12,330 bases of DNA from a virus: UHGV virus genome UHGV-0317858; one strand, given 5' to 3'. Below, piece by piece: positions 1 to 7,370 of the stretch (its first letter is position 1; the number at the start of each line of letters is the position of its first letter). Made by a program: the position numbers and the translations under genes. The notes under the pieces are model-generated. The model worked only from the letters and a program-made list of their open reading frames with translations. It ran no database searches and was not told where the DNA came from.

Positions 1-458
1 GAGTAACCGCGATTATCTCCGCTCTGGTTATCTGCATCGTCGTCTGCCTGTCATGGGGTGTTAATCATTACCGTGATAACGCCATCGCCTACAAAGAACA
101 GCGCGACAAAAATGCCAGAGAACTGAAGCTGGCGAACGCGGCAATTACTGACATGCAGATGCGTCAGCGTGATGTTGCTGCGCTCGATGCAAAATACACG
201 AAGGAGTTAGCTGATGCGAAAGCTGAAAATGATGCTCTGCGTGATGATGTTGCCGCTGGTCGTCGTCGGTTGCGCATCAAAGCAGTCTGTCAGTCAGCGC
301 GTGAAGCCACCGCCACCTCCAGCGTGGATAATGCAGTCTCCCCCAGACTGGCAGACACCGCTGAACGGGATTATTTCACCCTCCGGGAACGACTGGTAAT
401 GATGCAGGCCCAACTTGAAGGTGCTCAGCAATACATAACCGAACAGTGTTTAAAGTAA
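1..458 (+). CDS. rzpR: Rz-type inner-membrane spanin (i-spanin), 5-prime partial; the reading frame is open from position 3 and the start codon lies upstream of the window
   Basis: Frame open from position 3 translates to [77 protein letters not shown]..., near-identical to lambda Rz as I recall it, including the N-terminal transmembrane segment and coiled-coil region. Stop TAA at 456-458. The ORF track lists only the part from the internal ATG at 153. Confidence 0.85.
   Translation, partial: VTAIISALVICIVVCLSWGVNHYRDNAIAYKEQRDKNARELKLANAAITDMQMRQRDVAALDAKYTKELADAKAENDALRDDVAAGRRRLRIKAVCQSAREATATSSVDNAVSPRLADTAERDYFTLRERLVMMQAQLEGAQQYITEQCLK
214..399 (+). CDS. rzoR: Rz1-type outer-membrane lipoprotein spanin (o-spanin), nested entirely inside Rz in the +1 frame
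   Basis: 61 aa product [24 protein letters not shown]... with a lipobox (VVVGC) followed by a PPPPP proline-rich stretch, closely matching lambda Rz1. The embedded out-of-frame architecture is the classic Rz/Rz1 arrangement. Confidence 0.8.
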   Translation: MRKLKMMLCVMMLPLVVVGCASKQSVSQRVKPPPPPAWIMQSPPDWQTPLNGIISPSGNDW

Positions 459-479
459 AATCTTAACTACAATATGATT

Positions 480-577
480 CATTTTGATGATTGTTTCATA
501 AGGAACAGTGAAGTAAGATCTAAGAGGAGTTAAATTTTATACAGTATAATCATAATATTGCAGCAAGGTGGTTATAA
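480..577 (+). promoter_or_regulatory. AT-rich intergenic region upstream of trkG with candidate -10 hexamers (TATAAT at 545-550 and 573-578) and an AGGTGG Shine-Dalgarno-like element at 566-571
   Basis: Perfect TATAAT hexamers are visible, but no convincing TTGACA-like -35 sits at 17 bp spacing, so the promoter assignment is tentative. Confidence 0.25.
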
Positions 578-595
578 TTGAAAGAATATTTAGAT

Positions 596-2053
596 ATGAA
601 TACATCTCATGTAAGAGTTGTTACTCATATGTGTGGGTTCCTGGTTTGGCTCTATAGTCTTTCAATGTTGCCACCAATGGTTGTAGCATTGTTTTATAAA
701 GAAAAAAGCCTGTTCGTTTTCTTTATAACTTTCGTTATATTTTTTTGCATTGGTGGCGGAGCGTGGTATACAACTAAGAAATCTGGCATTCAATTACGTA
801 CCCGTGATGGGTTTATTATAATTGTAATGTTTTGGATTTTGTTTTCTGTTATTAGTGCATTCCCTTTATGGTTTGACTCAGAACTTAATTTAACGTTCAT
901 TGATGCTCTGTTTGAAGGGGTTTCTGGAATAACAACAACAGGAGCAACTGTAATTGATGATGTTAGTTCATTACCTCGGGCATATTTGTACTATCGGTCA
1001 CAGTTAAATTTTATAGGTGGTTTAGGAGTTATTGTTCTGGCGGTTGCAGTATTGCCATTATTGGGTATTGGTGGTGCAAAGCTTTATCAGTCAGAAATGC
1101 CGGGGCCATTTAAGGATGACAAACTCACTCCCCGCCTGGCCGATACGTCACGGACACTGTGGATAACTTATTCTTTATTAGGTATTGCTTGTATTGTCTG
1201 TTATAGACTTGCAGGAATGCCTTTGTTTGATGCTATTTGTCACGGGATTTCCACAGTTTCGCTTGGTGGTTTCTCAACTCATAGCGAGAGTATCGGATAT
1301 TTTAATAACTATTTGGTTGAGCTGGTGGCTGGTTCTTTTTCCCTGCTATCGGCTTTCAACTTCACTCTTTGGTATATTGTTATTAGCAGAAAAACGATAA
1401 AACCTTTAATCAGAGATATTGAACTTCGTTTCTTTCTGTTAATAGCCTTAGGGGTGATCATTGTTACCTCTTTCCAGGTCTGGCATATAGGTATGTATGA
1501 CTTGCATGGAAGTTTTATTCATTCGTTTTTTCTTGCCAGCTCCATGCTCACTGATAATGGTTTAGCTACGCAGGATTATGCAAACTGGCCCACGCACACG
1601 ATAGTGTTTTTGCTGTTGTCAAGTTTCTTTGGGGGATGTATAGGTTCAACCTGTGGTGGAATTAAGTCACTTCGATTTCTTATACTTTTCAAACAAAGCA
1701 AACACGAGATAAATCAGCTTTCTCATCCCAGAGCGTTGTTGAGTGTAAATGTAGGAGGGAAGATAGTTACAGATCGTGTAATGAGGTCTGTATGGAGTTT
1801 CTTTTTTCTTTATACTCTCTTCACGGTGTTTTTTATACTGGTGTTAAATGGTATGGGATATGATTTTCTTACATCATTTGCAACAGTGGCTGCATGTATT
1901 AATAATATGGGATTAGGTTTTGGGGCTACTGCATCGTCATTCGGAGTGCTTAATGACATTGCAAAATATTTAATGTGCATAGCTATGATTCTTGGTCGCC
2001 TTGAAATTTATCCTGTTATTATATTGTTTTCAGGTTTTTTTTGGCGCTCCTAA
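596..2053 (+). CDS. trkG: TrkH/TrkG-family potassium uptake membrane protein (prophage-borne TrkG)
   Basis: The product from ATG 596 (MNTSHVRVVTHMCGFLVWLYSLSMLPP...FSGFFWRS, 485 aa) matches E. coli TrkG as I recall it. It is highly hydrophobic with multiple predicted transmembrane segments and glycine-containing pore-loop-like motifs (GVSGITTTG, GLGVIVLAVAVLPLLGIGG). An alternative TTG start at 578 is better positioned relative to AGGTGG (566-571) and would add 6 residues (MKEYLD). Confidence 0.9.
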   Translation: MNTSHVRVVTHMCGFLVWLYSLSMLPPMVVALFYKEKSLFVFFITFVIFFCIGGGAWYTTKKSGIQLRTRDGFIIIVMFWILFSVISAFPLWFDSELNLTFIDALFEGVSGITTTGATVIDDVSSLPRAYLYYRSQLNFIGGLGVIVLAVAVLPLLGIGGAKLYQSEMPGPFKDDKLTPRLADTSRTLWITYSLLGIACIVCYRLAGMPLFDAICHGISTVSLGGFSTHSESIGYFNNYLVELVAGSFSLLSAFNFTLWYIVISRKTIKPLIRDIELRFFLLIALGVIIVTSFQVWHIGMYDLHGSFIHSFFLASSMLTDNGLATQDYANWPTHTIVFLLLSSFFGGCIGSTCGGIKSLRFLILFKQSKHEINQLSHPRALLSVNVGGKIVTDRVMRSVWSFFFLYTLFTVFFILVLNGMGYDFLTSFATVAACINNMGLGFGATASSFGVLNDIAKYLMCIAMILGRLEIYPVIILFSGFFWRS

Positions 2054-2139
2054 TATATGGCTGATTTATAATTGTGAGTTTAATATTATGTTGACTCACT
2101 CATTGATCCAATACCTAACTTTACCAGCAACACCTCCGC

Positions 2140-2174
2140 CCCCAGTAGCACTGGCTGCTGGGGTGCGTTTTATT
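2140..2174 (+). terminator. Rho-independent terminator downstream of trkG
   Basis: 10-bp stem CCCCAGTAGC (2140-2149) pairing with GCTGCTGGGG (2154-2163) with one G-U wobble, loop ACTG, followed by TGCGTTTTATT. Confidence 0.5.
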
Positions 2175-2190
2175 CATAAAGCAAGGCTGT

Positions 2191-2985
2191 ATGAGCGAGA
2201 AATTAAAGATAGTCTATCGCCCATTACAAGAATTGTCACCGTATGCGCACAACGCCAGGACGCACAGTACTGAGCAGGTGGCACAACTGGTAGAAAGTAT
2301 TAAGCTATTCGGCTGGACTAATCCGGTGCTGATTGACGAAAAGGGCGAAATTATTGCGGGTCACGGTCGTGTTATGGCGGCTGAAATGCTCAAAATGGAT
2401 TCTGTTCCGGTCATTGTTCTGTCTGGCCTGACGGATGAGCAGAAAAAGGCGTACCGCCTGGCAGATAATCGCCTGCCGATGAATGCTGGCTGGGATGAAG
2501 ATCTGTTGCGGATGGAGCTGTCGGACCTAATCAATGCTGATTTTGATGTCTCCCTGACAGGCTTCATCCCGACAGAAATTGATGAACTGTTGACGGATGT
2601 TTTGCCCGGTACAGGAAATGAGGAGGAGCCGTATACGACGAAAATTGATACGCCTGTTTATGAGCCGTCGGGCGGTAAACCGGATATCAGTGAACTGTAC
2701 GACGATACGAAAACTCAGGAGCTGATCAGCCGGATACGTTCGGCGTCCCTTGATCCTGATATTGAGAAATTCCTCCTGTGTGCGGCAGAACGTCACACAG
2801 TGTTTAATTTCAGCAGAATTGCGGACTATTACGCTCATGCCCCCGCTGAAATTCAGTGCCTTTTCGAGGAGTCGGCGCTGGTGATCATTGATTATCAGCA
2901 GGCTATTGAAAATGGATTTGTCCGAATGACGCAGCGCATGGTGGAGATCATGCATGGCGGGGAGGAGGAGGAGGAATATGCGTGA
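2191..2985 (+). CDS. ParB/Srx-like N-terminal domain protein (ParB-like nuclease or DNA-binding fold) with an acidic C-terminal region of unknown function ending in poly-Glu
   Basis: 264 aa. The N-terminal 90 residues (YRPLQELSPYAHNARTHSTEQVAQLVESIKLFGWTNPVLIDEKGEIIAGHGRVMAAEMLKMDSVPVIVL...AYRLADNRL) carry the hallmarks of the ParB N-terminal/sulfiredoxin fold (hydrophobic strand, then G-H-x-R, then AA). The C-terminal region has no motif I recognise. The gene ends ...[11 protein letters not shown] and its stop overlaps the next start. Confidence 0.75.
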   Translation: MSEKLKIVYRPLQELSPYAHNARTHSTEQVAQLVESIKLFGWTNPVLIDEKGEIIAGHGRVMAAEMLKMDSVPVIVLSGLTDEQKKAYRLADNRLPMNAGWDEDLLRMELSDLINADFDVSLTGFIPTEIDELLTDVLPGTGNEEEPYTTKIDTPVYEPSGGKPDISELYDDTKTQELISRIRSASLDPDIEKFLLCAAERHTVFNFSRIADYYAHAPAEIQCLFEESALVIIDYQQAIENGFVRMTQRMVEIMHGGEEEEEYA

Positions 2986-3712
2986 TGATTTTTGCGCCTT
3001 TATTCTGACTCACGGGCGACCGGACAAAGTTCTGACTTACCGGACGTTGCGTCGTGCTGGCTATACCGGGAAAATTTTTATCGTTGTTGATGATGAAGAT
3101 AAGACACGGCATCAGTACATGGCTGAATTTGGTGAACAGGTGCTGGTATTTTCCAAAGCCGATATTGCCAGTCGTTTTGACGAAGCCGATAATTTTGGTG
3201 ATCGCCGCTCAATTTTTTACGCCCGTAATGCCTGTTTCGACCTGGCAAAACTGGTCGGGTGTAAATACTTCATTCAGCTCGATGATGATTATCACGAGTT
3301 CCAGTTTCGGGTGGATCGCAACTATGACCAGGCCTATTTCCCGATAAGGAAACTGGATGCGATCCTTTCTGAAATGCTGGCGTATTACGAATCAATACCC
3401 GCGCTTTCCATCGCTATGTCGCAGGGCGGGGATTTTCTTGGTGACAATGGCGGCCATGCTTCGTGGGTGAAACGCAAGGCAATGAACAGCTTTATCTGTT
3501 CGGTTGATCGACCGTTCTCATTCATGGGGCGCATTAACGAGGATGTGAATACGTACACGAATCTCGGTCGCTGTGGTGAATTGTTTATGACGATCGGTGC
3601 TGTCCAGTTAGGGCAGAAACAGACGCAGAAAAACAGCGGCGGAATGACCGAGCTGTATCTGGATTCCGGAACCTGCCGCCGCGCCCGTTCAATATCCGGA
3701 TGCGCAGGATGA
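2978..3712 (+). CDS. GT-A-fold (family 2-like) glycosyltransferase-like protein, probably C-terminally disrupted at the junction with J-derived DNA
   Basis: From ATG 2978 ([43 protein letters not shown]...[13 protein letters not shown]...) the spacing and composition fit the GT-A signature: N-terminal beta-strand, then hydrophobic-VVDD-x-D at residues 36-41, then a DxD motif (DDD at residues 102-104) about 60 residues later, as in SpsA-type enzymes. The GGAGGAGGAGGAGGAA run just upstream of ATG 2978 serves as the Shine-Dalgarno; the ORF-track start at 2954 lacks one. The last 13 or so codons appear to be J-gene DNA read out of frame. Confidence 0.55.
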   Translation: MRDDFCAFILTHGRPDKVLTYRTLRRAGYTGKIFIVVDDEDKTRHQYMAEFGEQVLVFSKADIASRFDEADNFGDRRSIFYARNACFDLAKLVGCKYFIQLDDDYHEFQFRVDRNYDQAYFPIRKLDAILSEMLAYYESIPALSIAMSQGGDFLGDNGGHASWVKRKAMNSFICSVDRPFSFMGRINEDVNTYTNLGRCGELFMTIGAVQLGQKQTQKNSGGMTELYLDSGTCRRARSISGCAG

Positions 3713-6639
3713 CGCCGGACAGCACCACAGACCAGCTGCAGAACAAAACGCTCTGGTCGTCATACACCGAAATCATCGATGTGAAACAGTGCTACCCGAA
3801 CACGGCACTGGTCGGCGTACAGGTGGATTCGGAGCAGTTCGGCAGCCAGCAGGTGAGCCGTAATTATCATCTGCGCGGGCGTATTCTGCAGGTGCCGTCG
3901 AACTATAACCCGCAGACTCGGCAATACAGCGGTATCTGGGACGGAACGTTTAAGCCAGCATACAGCAATAACATGGCCTGGTGTCTGTGGGATATGCTGA
4001 CCCATCCACGCTACGGCATGGGGAAACGTCTTGGTGCGGCGGATGTGGACAAATGGGCGCTGTATGTCATCGGCCAGTACTGCGACCAGTCAGTGCCGGA
4101 CGGCTTTGGCGGCACGGAGCCGCGCATCACCTGTAATGCGTACCTGACCACACAGCGCAAGGCGTGGGATGTGCTCAGTGATTTCTGCTCGGCGATGCGC
4201 TGTATGCCGGTATGGAACGGGCAGACGCTGACGTTCGTGCAGGACCGACCGTCGGATAAGGTGTGGACCTATAACCGCAGTAATGTGGTGATGCCGGATG
4301 ATGGCGCGCCGTTCCGCTACAGCTTCAGCGCCCTGAAAGACCGCCATAATGCCGTTGAGGTGAACTGGATTGACCCGAACAACGGCTGGGAGACGGCGAC
4401 AGAGCTTGTTGAAGATACGCAGGCCATTGCCCGTTACGGTCGTAATGTTACGAAGATGGATGCCTTTGGCTGTACCAGCCGGGGGCAGGCACACCGCGCC
4501 GGGCTGTGGCTGATTAAAACGGAGCTGCTGGAGACGCAGACCGTGGATTTCAGCGTCGGCGCAGAAGGGCTTCGCCATGTACCGGGCGATGTTATTGAAA
4601 TCTGCGATGATGACTATGCCGGTATCAGCACCGGTGGTCGTGTGCTGGCGGTGAACAGCCAGACCCGGACGCTGACGCTCGACCGTGAAATCACGCTGCC
4701 ATCCTCCGGTACCACGCTGATAAGCCTGGTTGACGGAAGTGGCAATCCGGTCAGCGTGGAGGTTCAGTCCGTCACCGACGGCGTGAAGGTAAAAGTGAGC
4801 CGTGTTCCTGAGGGTGTTGCTGAATACAGCGTATGGGGGCTGAAGCTGCCGACGCTGCGCCAGCGCCTGTTCCGCTGCGTGAGTATCCGTGAGAACGACG
4901 ACGGCACGTATGCCATCACCGCCGTGCAGCATGTGCCGGAAAAAGAGGCCATCGTGGATAACGGGGCGCACTTTGACGGCGAACAGAGTGGCACGGTGAA
5001 TGGTGTCACGCCGCCAGCGGTGCAGCACCTGACCGCAGAAGTCACTGCAGACAGCGGGGAATATCAGGTGCTGGCGCGATGGGACACACCGAAGGTGGTG
5101 AAGGGCGTGAGCTTTATGCTTCGCCTGACCGTGGCAGCGGACGACGGCAGTGAGCGGCTGGTCAGCACGGCCCGGACGACAGAAACCACATACCGCTTCA
5201 GGCAGCTGGCGCTGGGGAACTACAGGCTGACAGTCCGGGCGGTAAATGCGTGGGGGCAGCAGGGCGATCCGGCATCGGTATCGTTCCGGATTGCCGCACC
5301 TGCAGTGCCGTCGCGGATTGAGCTGACGCCGGGCTATTTTCAGATAACCGCCACGCCGCATCTTGCCGTTTATGACCCGACGGTACAGTTTGAGTTCTGG
5401 TTCTCGGAAAAGCGGATTACCGATATCAGGCAGGTTGAAACCACAGCCCGCTATCTTGGCACGGCGCTGTACTGGATAGCCGCCAGTATCAATATCAAAC
5501 CGGGCCATGATTATTATTTTTACGTTCGCAGTGTGAACACCGTTGGCAAATCGGCATTCGTGGAGGCTGTTGGTCAGCCGAGTGATGATGCATCCGGCTA
5601 TCTGGATTTTTTCAAAGGCGAGATAGGGAAAACCCATCTGGCTCAGGAGCTGTGGACGCAGATTGATAACGGTCAGCTTGCGCCTGACCTGGCTGAAATC
5701 AGGACGTCCATTACGGATGTCAGCAATGAAATCACGCAGACCGTCAATAAGAAACTGGAAGACCAGAGTGCGGCAATTCAGCAGATACAGAAGGTTCAGG
5801 TTGATACAAATAATAACCTGAACAGCATGTGGGCTGTGAAGCTGCAGCAGATGCAGGACGGACGCCTTTATATCGCGGGTATTGGTGCCGGTATTGAGAA
5901 CACCCCTGACGGCATGCAGAGTCAGGTGCTGCTGGCGGCGGACAGGATTGCGATGGTTAATCCTGCGAATGGCAACACAAAACCGATGTTTGTTGGTCAG
6001 GGCGATCAGATATTCATGAACGACGTGTTCCTGAAACGCCTGACGGCCCCCACCATTACCAGCGGTGGAAATCCACCGGCATTTTCCCTGACACCGGACG
6101 GAAAGCTGACTGCTAAAAATGCGGATATCAGTGGCAGTGTGAATGCGAACTCCGGGACGCTCAACAACGTCACGATTAATGAGAACTGTCAGATTAAGGG
6201 GAAACTGTCAGCCAATCAGATTGAAGGCGATATTGTCAAAACAGTGGGTAAGGCTTTCCCGCGGGACTCCCGGGCACCGGAGCGGTGGCCATCAGGGACC
6301 ATTACCGTCAGGATTTATGACGATCAGCCTTTTGACAGGCAAATTGTTATTCCAGCGGTGGCATTCTGCGGCGCTAAACATGAGCGGGAGAATAACGATA
6401 TTTATTCGTCATGCCGCCTGATAGTGAAGAAAAATGGTGCTGAAATTTATAACCGTACCGCGCTGGATAATACGCTGATTTACAGTGGTGTTATTGATAT
6501 GCCAGCTGGTCACGGCCACATGACGCTGGAGTTTTCGGTGTCAGCATGGCTGGTAAATGACTGGTATCCCACAGCAAGTATCAGCGATTTGCTGGTTGTG
6601 GTGATGAAGAAAGCCACCGCAGGCATCAGTATCAGCTGA
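3700..6639 (+). CDS. J: Tail tip attachment / host specificity protein J, N-terminally truncated remnant (C-terminal roughly 980 residues)
   Basis: The translation ([76 protein letters not shown]...) matches lambda gpJ from an internal position as I recall it, including the C-terminal receptor-binding region, which here diverges from lambda. The frame is open only back to a stop at 3577-3579 and no N-terminal J sequence is present. ATG 3700 is an internal Met, so expression as an independent protein is uncertain and the locus may be annotated as a pseudogene. Confidence 0.85.
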   Translation: MRRMTPDSTTDQLQNKTLWSSYTEIIDVKQCYPNTALVGVQVDSEQFGSQQVSRNYHLRGRILQVPSNYNPQTRQYSGIWDGTFKPAYSNNMAWCLWDMLTHPRYGMGKRLGAADVDKWALYVIGQYCDQSVPDGFGGTEPRITCNAYLTTQRKAWDVLSDFCSAMRCMPVWNGQTLTFVQDRPSDKVWTYNRSNVVMPDDGAPFRYSFSALKDRHNAVEVNWIDPNNGWETATELVEDTQAIARYGRNVTKMDAFGCTSRGQAHRAGLWLIKTELLETQTVDFSVGAEGLRHVPGDVIEICDDDYAGISTGGRVLAVNSQTRTLTLDREITLPSSGTTLISLVDGSGNPVSVEVQSVTDGVKVKVSRVPEGVAEYSVWGLKLPTLRQRLFRCVSIRENDDGTYAITAVQHVPEKEAIVDNGAHFDGEQSGTVNGVTPPAVQHLTAEVTADSGEYQVLARWDTPKVVKGVSFMLRLTVAADDGSERLVSTARTTETTYRFRQLALGNYRLTVRAVNAWGQQGDPASVSFRIAAPAVPSRIELTPGYFQITATPHLAVYDPTVQFEFWFSEKRITDIRQVETTARYLGTALYWIAASINIKPGHDYYFYVRSVNTVGKSAFVEAVGQPSDDASGYLDFFKGEIGKTHLAQELWTQIDNGQLAPDLAEIRTSITDVSNEITQTVNKKLEDQSAAIQQIQKVQVDTNNNLNSMWAVKLQQMQDGRLYIAGIGAGIENTPDGMQSQVLLAADRIAMVNPANGNTKPMFVGQGDQIFMNDVFLKRLTAPTITSGGNPPAFSLTPDGKLTAKNADISGSVNANSGTLNNVTINENCQIKGKLSANQIEGDIVKTVGKAFPRDSRAPERWPSGTITVRIYDDQPFDRQIVIPAVAFCGAKHERENNDIYSSCRLIVKKNGAEIYNRTALDNTLIYSGVIDMPAGHGHMTLEFSVSAWLVNDWYPTASISDLLVVVMKKATAGISIS

Positions 6640-6654
6640 ATTTTATAACCCATA

Positions 6655-6684
6655 TACGGGCGCCAGAAATGGCGCCTTTTTTAT
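6655..6684 (+). terminator. Rho-independent terminator downstream of J
   Basis: GGCGCCA GAAA TGGCGCC hairpin (7-bp G/C-rich stem, tetraloop) followed immediately by TTTTTTATT. Confidence 0.6.
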
Positions 6685-6706
6685 TGCAGAAAAGCGAGAG
6701 GTAATT

Positions 6707-7306
6707 ATGCGTAAAGTTTGTGCAGCCATTTTGTCCGCAGCCATCTGTCTGGCCGTATCCGGTGCGCCTGCATGGGCGTCTGAGCAGCAGGCCACACTGA
6801 GCGCAGGGTATCTTCATGCCCGTACGAACGCTCCCGGCAGCGAAAATCTGAACGGGATTAACGTGAAATACCGTTATGAGTTTACGGACACGCTGGGGCT
6901 GATTACGTCATTCAGTTATGCCAACGCTGAAGATGAGCAAAAAACGCATTACAGCGATACCCGCTGGCATGAGGATTCCGTGCGTAATCGCTGGTTCAGC
7001 GTGATGGCGGGGCCGTCTGTGCGCGTGAATGAATGGTTCAGCGCGTATGCGATGGCGGGTATGGCTTACAGCCGTGTGTCGACTTTCTCCGGGGATTATA
7101 TCCGCGTAACTGACAACAAGGGGAAAACGCACGATGTGCTGACCGGAAGTGATGACGGTCGCCACAGCAACACGTCTCTGGCGTGGGGAGCTGGCGTGCA
7201 GTTTAACCCGACCGAATCCGTGGCCGTTGACGTCGCTTATGAAGGCTCCGGCAGCGGTGACTGGCGTACCAACAGTTTCATCGTTGGTGTCGGTTATAAA
7301 TTCTGA
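6707..7306 (+). CDS. lomR: Lom outer-membrane beta-barrel protein (Ail/Lom/PagC family)
   Basis: 199 aa with a signal peptide (MRKVCAAILSAAICLAVSGAPAWA then SEQQ), near-identical over most of its length to lambda Lom as I recall it, and ending in the aromatic C-terminus VGVGYKF typical of outer-membrane beta-barrels. Preceded by an RBS (GAGAGG). The gene is intact. Confidence 0.9.
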   Translation: MRKVCAAILSAAICLAVSGAPAWASEQQATLSAGYLHARTNAPGSENLNGINVKYRYEFTDTLGLITSFSYANAEDEQKTHYSDTRWHEDSVRNRWFSVMAGPSVRVNEWFSAYAMAGMAYSRVSTFSGDYIRVTDNKGKTHDVLTGSDDGRHSNTSLAWGAGVQFNPTESVAVDVAYEGSGSGDWRTNSFIVGVGYKF

Positions 7307-7333
7307 TTAGCCAGGTAACACAGTGTTATGACA

Positions 7334-7362
7334 GCCCGCCGGTTCAGGCGGGCTTTTTTGTG
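7334..7362 (+). terminator. Rho-independent terminator downstream of lom
   Basis: AGCCCGCC GGTTCA GGCGGGCT hairpin (8-bp stem) followed by TTTTTTG. Confidence 0.6.
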
Positions 7363-7370
7363 GGGGGAAT

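Noticed and set aside
578-595. TTG 578 as the trkG start rather than ATG 596
   Set aside because: Not fully rejected. TTG 578 has the better Shine-Dalgarno, but the recalled reference TrkG begins MNTSH (ATG 596). I annotated ATG 596 and flagged the ambiguity.
1321-1328. Chi octamer GCTGGTGG inside trkG
   Set aside because: A single occurrence in about 12 kb is within chance expectation, and there is no clustering or orientation bias to suggest a recombination hotspot.
2954-2977. Upstream ATG 2954 as the start of the glycosyltransferase-like gene (ORF-track start)
   Set aside because: It has no Shine-Dalgarno, whereas ATG 2978 is preceded by a GGAGG repeat at ideal spacing. The extra N-terminal residues (MAGRRRRN) are simply the poly-Glu codons read in another frame.
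1185-3347. Small internal ORFs (1185-1400, 1992-2273, 2361-2567 -, 2527-2955 -, 3054-3347)
   Set aside because: All are embedded in or overlap better-supported genes (trkG, the ParB-like gene, the glycosyltransferase-like gene) in alternative frames, with no RBS or recognisable protein features.
4090-5637. 515-aa ORF on the minus strand, antisense to J
   Set aside because: It lies entirely inside the strongly supported J coding region. Its product is Arg/His/Cys/Pro-rich with no recognisable motifs, typical of a stop-free antisense frame in G+C-rich coding DNA, and there is no RBS or independent evidence.
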